A stretch of DNA of 64,000 nucleotides from a virus, in IMG/VR virus record IMGVR_UViG_3300042446_001732, positions 1 through 64,000 of that record; one strand, 5' to 3'. A model generated the notes under the pieces. That model worked only from the letters and a program-made list of their open reading frames with translations. It had not been told where the DNA came from and did no database searches. Below, piece by piece: positions 59,283 through 64,000 of the stretch. A program made the translations under genes and the position numbers. Positions within the stretch are counted from its first letter, which is position 1. The number at the start of each line of letters is the position of its first letter.

Positions 59283-62189
59283 ATGGCACAAGAACAGAAT
59301 ATTTCAACACAGCTCGATAACCTACTGGTCACTCGTAATTTCGCTCCAGAAATGCTGGATCGACAGGGCAAACCGTCTGAATCAGAAGACGCCAAAACAT
59401 TTACATTTGACTATGTGAGCGGCAGCGGCAAGAACTATGGCACCATGGTTGTTATTCTAGACTCTGAAAACGACATGAAAGTGTTTTACGGTGACAATCT
59501 GGGCAGAGCCATGGAAGGCGACGACAAAGACGAGTTCTTTGACTTTCAGCAACATCTCAGCAAGTTTGCTAGAATGCATCGTTGGACCTATACGGCCAAA
59601 GACCTAAACCAACTCAAACATACCATGCAAGGGCTTGCAGCCATACAAGAAGGCCTGTTTGAAGGCTACTATGGTACACGCAAAATCAGTTATGCTGGTG
59701 AACCCACCGAAGCTCGACTCATGATCAAACACAACCGCACACTGGGCGAAGCTGATGCACGTTTTCGCTATGTGGAAAGTTTGTTTATTGAAACTGCTGA
59801 TAGCCAACGATTTCGATTGCCTTTCAAGAATCTAGCTGGTGGTCGTGCCATGTTGGAACATGTGCGTCAAGGTGGCAATCCTTATGATGTGCGTGGTGTA
59901 CACATTGCTGAAATGGTCATGGAAATTGCCACACTGAGTCGTTTTAACCGTGCCAGTGCCAGTCGCATGCTAGAAGGCACTACAAAAGAATTGGTTACCG
60001 AAGCACAGACCTACTACAAAAGTTTGCGTGAAAATATCAAACGCATGGCCAGCCCTCGTGGCTATAGTGCATATTTTGAAACTTGGCATCCTGCCACCAT
60101 TGACGAACAACAAGATCTGGTAGAAGATATCAAAACACTGTTCATTGAACAGACCCTGGACACACGAATTGAGGCAGCACTGCCGCTGTTGGCCAGAATA
60201 CAACAACAAGGAAACGCTATGAAAGAAGCACAAATTTTTGAAAACTGGATCAACAGCCTAACCGAAGGCACCTGGAGTTTGCCCGAAACACCAGAACAAT
60301 TGAACAAACTCAAAGAACTCATGGCCACAGAACTCATTGTGGGACCTGATGCTACCAATGCCACAGAACAACTGTATGACTTGATAGGTGATGATATCTT
60401 GTTTGATCGACTGAGCGAGTTAGCTGACAGAGATCCCAGAGCCAATGTCTGGAATGACACTGAAGTAATGGATCGTATACGTGAACTAGGCATTGAAACA
60501 GAAACACAAGCACCTGCTGGTGCTGAGGGCGATGCAGCACCAATTGATACTGCCGCTGCACCAGCACCTGCGCCACAACAACCAGTGGCAGAAGGTCAAG
60601 GTGCCACTACCTACACTGTTGCTTACAAAGACCCCACCAAGCCAGGCAAATCACACAGCACTCAAGTCAAAGCCACCAGCGCAGCAGAAGCAAAAGCAGC
60701 GTTTCAAGAATGGGACACCACAAATCGATTCACTTACTTGGGTTCCAGACCCGATGTTGATACAGTTCGTGAAGGTGTAGCAGAAGCCGCAGAACTCAAC
60801 ACCATGTTGAAGTACGCTGGTGTGCCTGTGGCTGAAAGCCGAGTGCTGGACGAATCAGGAGAAACACTCACCCACATCCTGGATCGTTTCAAACACGAAG
60901 TTGCACAATTTGAGCAAGGTGCTGATCTTGATGACAATCTTTACGATGCACTGTATGATTACTATTCAGACAAAGGCGAAATTCCATATGGCATTGCCAA
61001 AGCTCGCACAGGTGATCCATACGAATGGATAACTAATCGCCTGGATCAAGAACTTGGCATCAATGAAAGCAACTCAGGCATGATCATGCCCGAAGCTGAT
61101 CCAATCTCTACATTTGAAGTCATGAGCGGATTCGCCGCTCCAGTAGCCGAAGGTTCGTGCAACAGCACCATGGAGGGCGAATACTGCCCAGAACACGGGC
61201 TAATGGAATGCGGCATGTACGAAATGGGCACTGTGGCAGGCGGCATGGCTCCTGTTGTAGGCGAAGGCAACGATGATCCAATCAACTACAACGGCGCCAT
61301 CACTGGCAGCTACTACGAAGGCAAACAGGATCCTTTGGTAAGACTAAAATCTTTGGCCAAGATAAAAGAAGGATGGAAAGGCGAGCTTGCTGGCGGAACA
61401 CTAGGTGGTGTGGGCGGAAGCGTTGCTGGTTCGGCATTGGGCGCACTTGCTGGCGGCCCAGTTGGCGCAGCAATCGGCGGAGTAGTTGGCGGTGCCGCAG
61501 GCGGTACTGGTGGTGCCATGATTGGTCGCGAAATGACCAAAGAAGAACAATTACATGAAATTGCTCCGTTAGTAGCAGCAGGTGCAAGAGCCATTATACC
61601 TTTGTTGGCCAAAGTTGGTCCCAAACTGGGTCGTATGGCATCTGGTGCAGGCAAATCTGGAGCAGAAGTTGCTGGAAAAGCAGCCACAGGCATTGGCCGC
61701 GGCACAGTAGACGTTGCCAAATCTGCTGCACAATCTGCTGCACAAAATGCAGATAAAATTGGGCTCGGGTTAGGTGCATACCAAGCCATCACTGATGTAG
61801 CAAACAATACAATGGGTGGCGTTGGCGAAGTGTACCGAGACATTGGTCAAGCCGCTGATGCAATTACACAAACAGTGGGCAATGCAATTGACGGAAAAAC
61901 TATTGCCGAACTGGCAGGAACCGCAGTAAAATATTCAATTCCAATTGGTATATTGCTAGCGGTGTTGTACGGCGGCAAAAAACTCATTGACCAATTGATG
62001 TCCGAAGACGCAGCAGATACTGGCATGGCCCTTGGCGGAATTGCAGGTGGATTAACCGGAGGACCTTTAGGGGCAGGTGCTGGAGTGCAAGCAGGCGGAG
62101 CAATAGGATCTTTAGTTGACGCTAACAAGAAAACATTCGAAGGCGATGCCATGCTGGCCAGAATAAAATCTCTGGCTCTGCTCAAGTAA
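59283..62189 (+). CDS. Large modular protein with glycine-zipper segments; putative processed head protein
   Basis: Start reassigned to ATG 59283, 7 nt after TAAATA; many xxE-G/S/A sites; GxxxG tracts. Confidence 0.65.
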   Translation: MAQEQNISTQLDNLLVTRNFAPEMLDRQGKPSESEDAKTFTFDYVSGSGKNYGTMVVILDSENDMKVFYGDNLGRAMEGDDKDEFFDFQQHLSKFARMHRWTYTAKDLNQLKHTMQGLAAIQEGLFEGYYGTRKISYAGEPTEARLMIKHNRTLGEADARFRYVESLFIETADSQRFRLPFKNLAGGRAMLEHVRQGGNPYDVRGVHIAEMVMEIATLSRFNRASASRMLEGTTKELVTEAQTYYKSLRENIKRMASPRGYSAYFETWHPATIDEQQDLVEDIKTLFIEQTLDTRIEAALPLLARIQQQGNAMKEAQIFENWINSLTEGTWSLPETPEQLNKLKELMATELIVGPDATNATEQLYDLIGDDILFDRLSELADRDPRANVWNDTEVMDRIRELGIETETQAPAGAEGDAAPIDTAAAPAPAPQQPVAEGQGATTYTVAYKDPTKPGKSHSTQVKATSAAEAKAAFQEWDTTNRFTYLGSRPDVDTVREGVAEAAELNTMLKYAGVPVAESRVLDESGETLTHILDRFKHEVAQFEQGADLDDNLYDALYDYYSDKGEIPYGIAKARTGDPYEWITNRLDQELGINESNSGMIMPEADPISTFEVMSGFAAPVAEGSCNSTMEGEYCPEHGLMECGMYEMGTVAGGMAPVVGEGNDDPINYNGAITGSYYEGKQDPLVRLKSLAKIKEGWKGELAGGTLGGVGGSVAGSALGALAGGPVGAAIGGVVGGAAGGTGGAMIGREMTKEEQLHEIAPLVAAGARAIIPLLAKVGPKLGRMASGAGKSGAEVAGKAATGIGRGTVDVAKSAAQSAAQNADKIGLGLGAYQAITDVANNTMGGVGEVYRDIGQAADAITQTVGNAIDGKTIAELAGTAVKYSIPIGILLAVLYGGKKLIDQLMSEDAADTGMALGGIAGGLTGGPLGAGAGVQAGGAIGSLVDANKKTFEGDAMLARIKSLALLK

Positions 62190-62191
62190 CA

Positions 62192-62372
62192 TAAATAAAA
62201 CAAAGAAGGGCGTGTAGTGGCATGCCCTTCCGTAAACAACTAGATAGGCAAAGTTCACTGCCGTTAGTGGTAGGAAACACAGACAGGCTGTGTTAAAATA
62301 ACCTTGTAGGCAGCATTTAAGCAAGTCTTAAATTTTTAAAATCATATTAACGCACAAGAAAGGCAACACAAT
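62192..62372 (+). promoter_or_regulatory. Structured 5' leader of gene 32
   Basis: TAAATA at 62192, four hairpins (62205-30, 62247-62, 62276-94, 62315-33), then an AT-rich tract. Confidence 0.55.
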
Positions 62373-63365
62373 ATGGCATCCTTAGCAGAAATTCGTGCCC
62401 GTTTACAGGCATCAGAGAACAAAGGTTCTAACAACACAGGCGGTGGCGACAAGTCAATTTACCCGCACTGGAACATGGAAGAAGGCCAAGCAGCCACACT
62501 ACGCTTCCTCCCCGACGGCAACAGCAAAAACACATTCTTTTGGGCAGAACGAGCAATGATTCGACTGCCATTCAATGGTGTCAAAGGCGAGATGGATTCA
62601 AAACAAGTCATGGTTCAGGTACCATGCGTTGAGATGTGGGGCGATGCTTGCCCAATCCTAGCAGAAGTACGCACCTGGTTCAAGGACAAGAGTCTGGAAG
62701 ACATGGGTCGCAAGTACTGGAAAAAGCGCAGCTACATCATGCAGGGTTTTGTGCGTGAAAACCCCATTGGTGACGACAAAACTCCGGACAATCCTATTCG
62801 CAAGTTTATCATTGGCCCTCAGTTGTTTACCCTGATCAAGAGCGCACTGATGGACCCAGAACTGGAAGAATTGCCAACTGACACCTTGCGTGGCCTGGAC
62901 TTCCGCATTGCCAAGACCCAAAAGGGTGGTTACGCAGACTACAACACCAGCAAATGGGCTCGCAAAGAATCGGCCTTGACTGAAACTGAGCAAGCAGCCG
63001 TCGATGCACACGGCTTGTTTGACTTGAGCACATTCTTGCCCAAGAAACCTGGCGATGTTGAGCTCCGAGTAATCAAGGAAATGTTTGAAGCAAGTGTAGA
63101 CGGTCAGCCCTACGACACAGAGCGTTGGGGTCAGTATTTCCGTCCTGCTGGTGTTAATGCACCCAGTGGCGCTGCTGCCAACAACGACGACGCAGAAGCA
63201 GCACCTGCTGCTCGCACTACGCCTGCGGCAAAACCTGCTGCATCTAGCCCTGCCTGGGAAGATGACGCAGCAGAAGCAGCAGCTTCCTTGGTCACTAAAC
63301 CAGCTGGCGGCAATCAAAAGGCCGAAGACATCCTTGCGATGATTCGCGCACGTCAAGCCAAATAA
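62373..63365 (+). CDS. gp32: Single-stranded DNA-binding protein
   Basis: LRFLP, C..CP, K.W.K.SY, G.DF...K...GGY..Y..SKW pattern; directly upstream of uvsX. Confidence 0.85.
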   Translation: MASLAEIRARLQASENKGSNNTGGGDKSIYPHWNMEEGQAATLRFLPDGNSKNTFFWAERAMIRLPFNGVKGEMDSKQVMVQVPCVEMWGDACPILAEVRTWFKDKSLEDMGRKYWKKRSYIMQGFVRENPIGDDKTPDNPIRKFIIGPQLFTLIKSALMDPELEELPTDTLRGLDFRIAKTQKGGYADYNTSKWARKESALTETEQAAVDAHGLFDLSTFLPKKPGDVELRVIKEMFEASVDGQPYDTERWGQYFRPAGVNAPSGAAANNDDAEAAPAARTTPAAKPAASSPAWEDDAAEAAASLVTKPAGGNQKAEDILAMIRARQAK

Positions 63366-63381
63366 GTCAAGCAACTTAACT

Positions 63382-63415
63382 ACACTGGGGCTATGGTCCC
63401 AGTGTTTCTATTTCT
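63382..63415 (+). terminator. Probable terminator after gene 32
   Basis: ACACTGGGGC..GTCCCAGTGT stem followed by TTCTATTTCT. Confidence 0.6.
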
Positions 63416-63426
63416 ATAGGTGATAC

Positions 63427-64000
63427 ATGGGAAAACCATTTGATATAAGCAAGTTCCGCAAGGAAATCACTAAGAGCATTGACGGCCTTAGTATCGGATT
63501 CAACGATCCAACTGACTGGGTTGGCACAGGTAACTATGCCTTGAACTATCTGATCTCAGGAGACTTCAACCGTGGTATTCCACTGGGCAAGGTCACTGTG
63601 TTTGCCGGAGACTCGGGCGCAGGCAAAAGCTACATTTGTTCAGGAAACATTGTGAAGAACGCACAAGAGCAAGGTATCTTTGTGGTCTTGGTTGACAGTG
63701 AAAACGCACTGGACGAAGCCTGGCTGCAAGCACTTGGTGTAGACACCTCAGAAAGCAAGTTGCTCAAACTGAGTATGGCCATGATCGATGACGTGGCCAA
63801 GACCATTGCTACATTCATGAGCGACTACAAGGCCTTGCCTGATGGTGAACGGCCTAAGGTAATGTTTGTGATTGACAGTTTGGGCATGTTGTTGACACCC
63901 ACTGATGTGAATCAGTTTGAAGCAGGTGAAATGAAGGGCGACCTGGGTCGTAAACCCAAAGCACTTACCAGCTTGGTTCGAAACTGTGTCAACATGTTTG
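63427..64000 (+). CDS. uvsX: RecA-like recombinase, truncated by the window end (absent from the ORF track)
   Basis: Manual translation MGKPFDISKFRK...GDSGAGKS (Walker A)...DSENALD...VIDSLG (Walker B). Confidence 0.93.
   Translation, partial: MGKPFDISKFRKEITKSIDGLSIGFNDPTDWVGTGNYALNYLISGDFNRGIPLGKVTVFAGDSGAGKSYICSGNIVKNAQEQGIFVVLVDSENALDEAWLQALGVDTSESKLLKLSMAMIDDVAKTIATFMSDYKALPDGERPKVMFVIDSLGMLLTPTDVNQFEAGEMKGDLGRKPKALTSLVRNCVNMF

Noticed and set aside
1-64000. Stop-codon reassignment
   Set aside because: Core genes are full length and densely packed under the standard code, and TAA, TGA and TAG all occur as stops.
1-64000. tRNA genes, introns or inteins in core genes
   Set aside because: No cloverleaf was seen in the short intergenic gaps; portal, capsid and terminase are uninterrupted and of ordinary size.

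Overview
This window is a gene-dense segment of a large T4-like myovirus genome, read in the standard genetic code; the host cannot be determined from it. It holds much of the virion morphogenesis module: a gp26-like hub/chaperone gene, a tape-measure-like protein with an M15 peptidase domain, portal gp20, protease gp21, scaffold gp22, capsid gp23, about 18 kb of Gly/Asn/Thr-repeat fibre and baseplate genes, neck and tail genes gp13/14/15/18/19, gp4 and terminase gp17. It ends at gp32 and a truncated uvsX. Accessory enzymes are interspersed: two radical SAM proteins, glycosyltransferase-like and SGNH-like proteins, a Nudix hydrolase, an exonuclease, a nucleotidase, a dNMP kinase and an exported thermonuclease. 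The main leads are: (1) putative capsid-internal proteins with T4-like targeting N-termini and repeated xxE cleavage sites, one carrying glycine-zipper and amphipathic cassettes; (2) a -1 slippery site joining the gp26-like ORF to the next ORF; (3) an aminoacyl-tRNA-protein-transferase-like gene in a late operon; (4) a possible virion glycosylation pathway; (5) late promoters that either give leaderless mRNAs or sit in Shine-Dalgarno-sequestering hairpins; (6) a structured non-coding region at the left edge. All family assignments come from motif recognition by eye; no searches were run.
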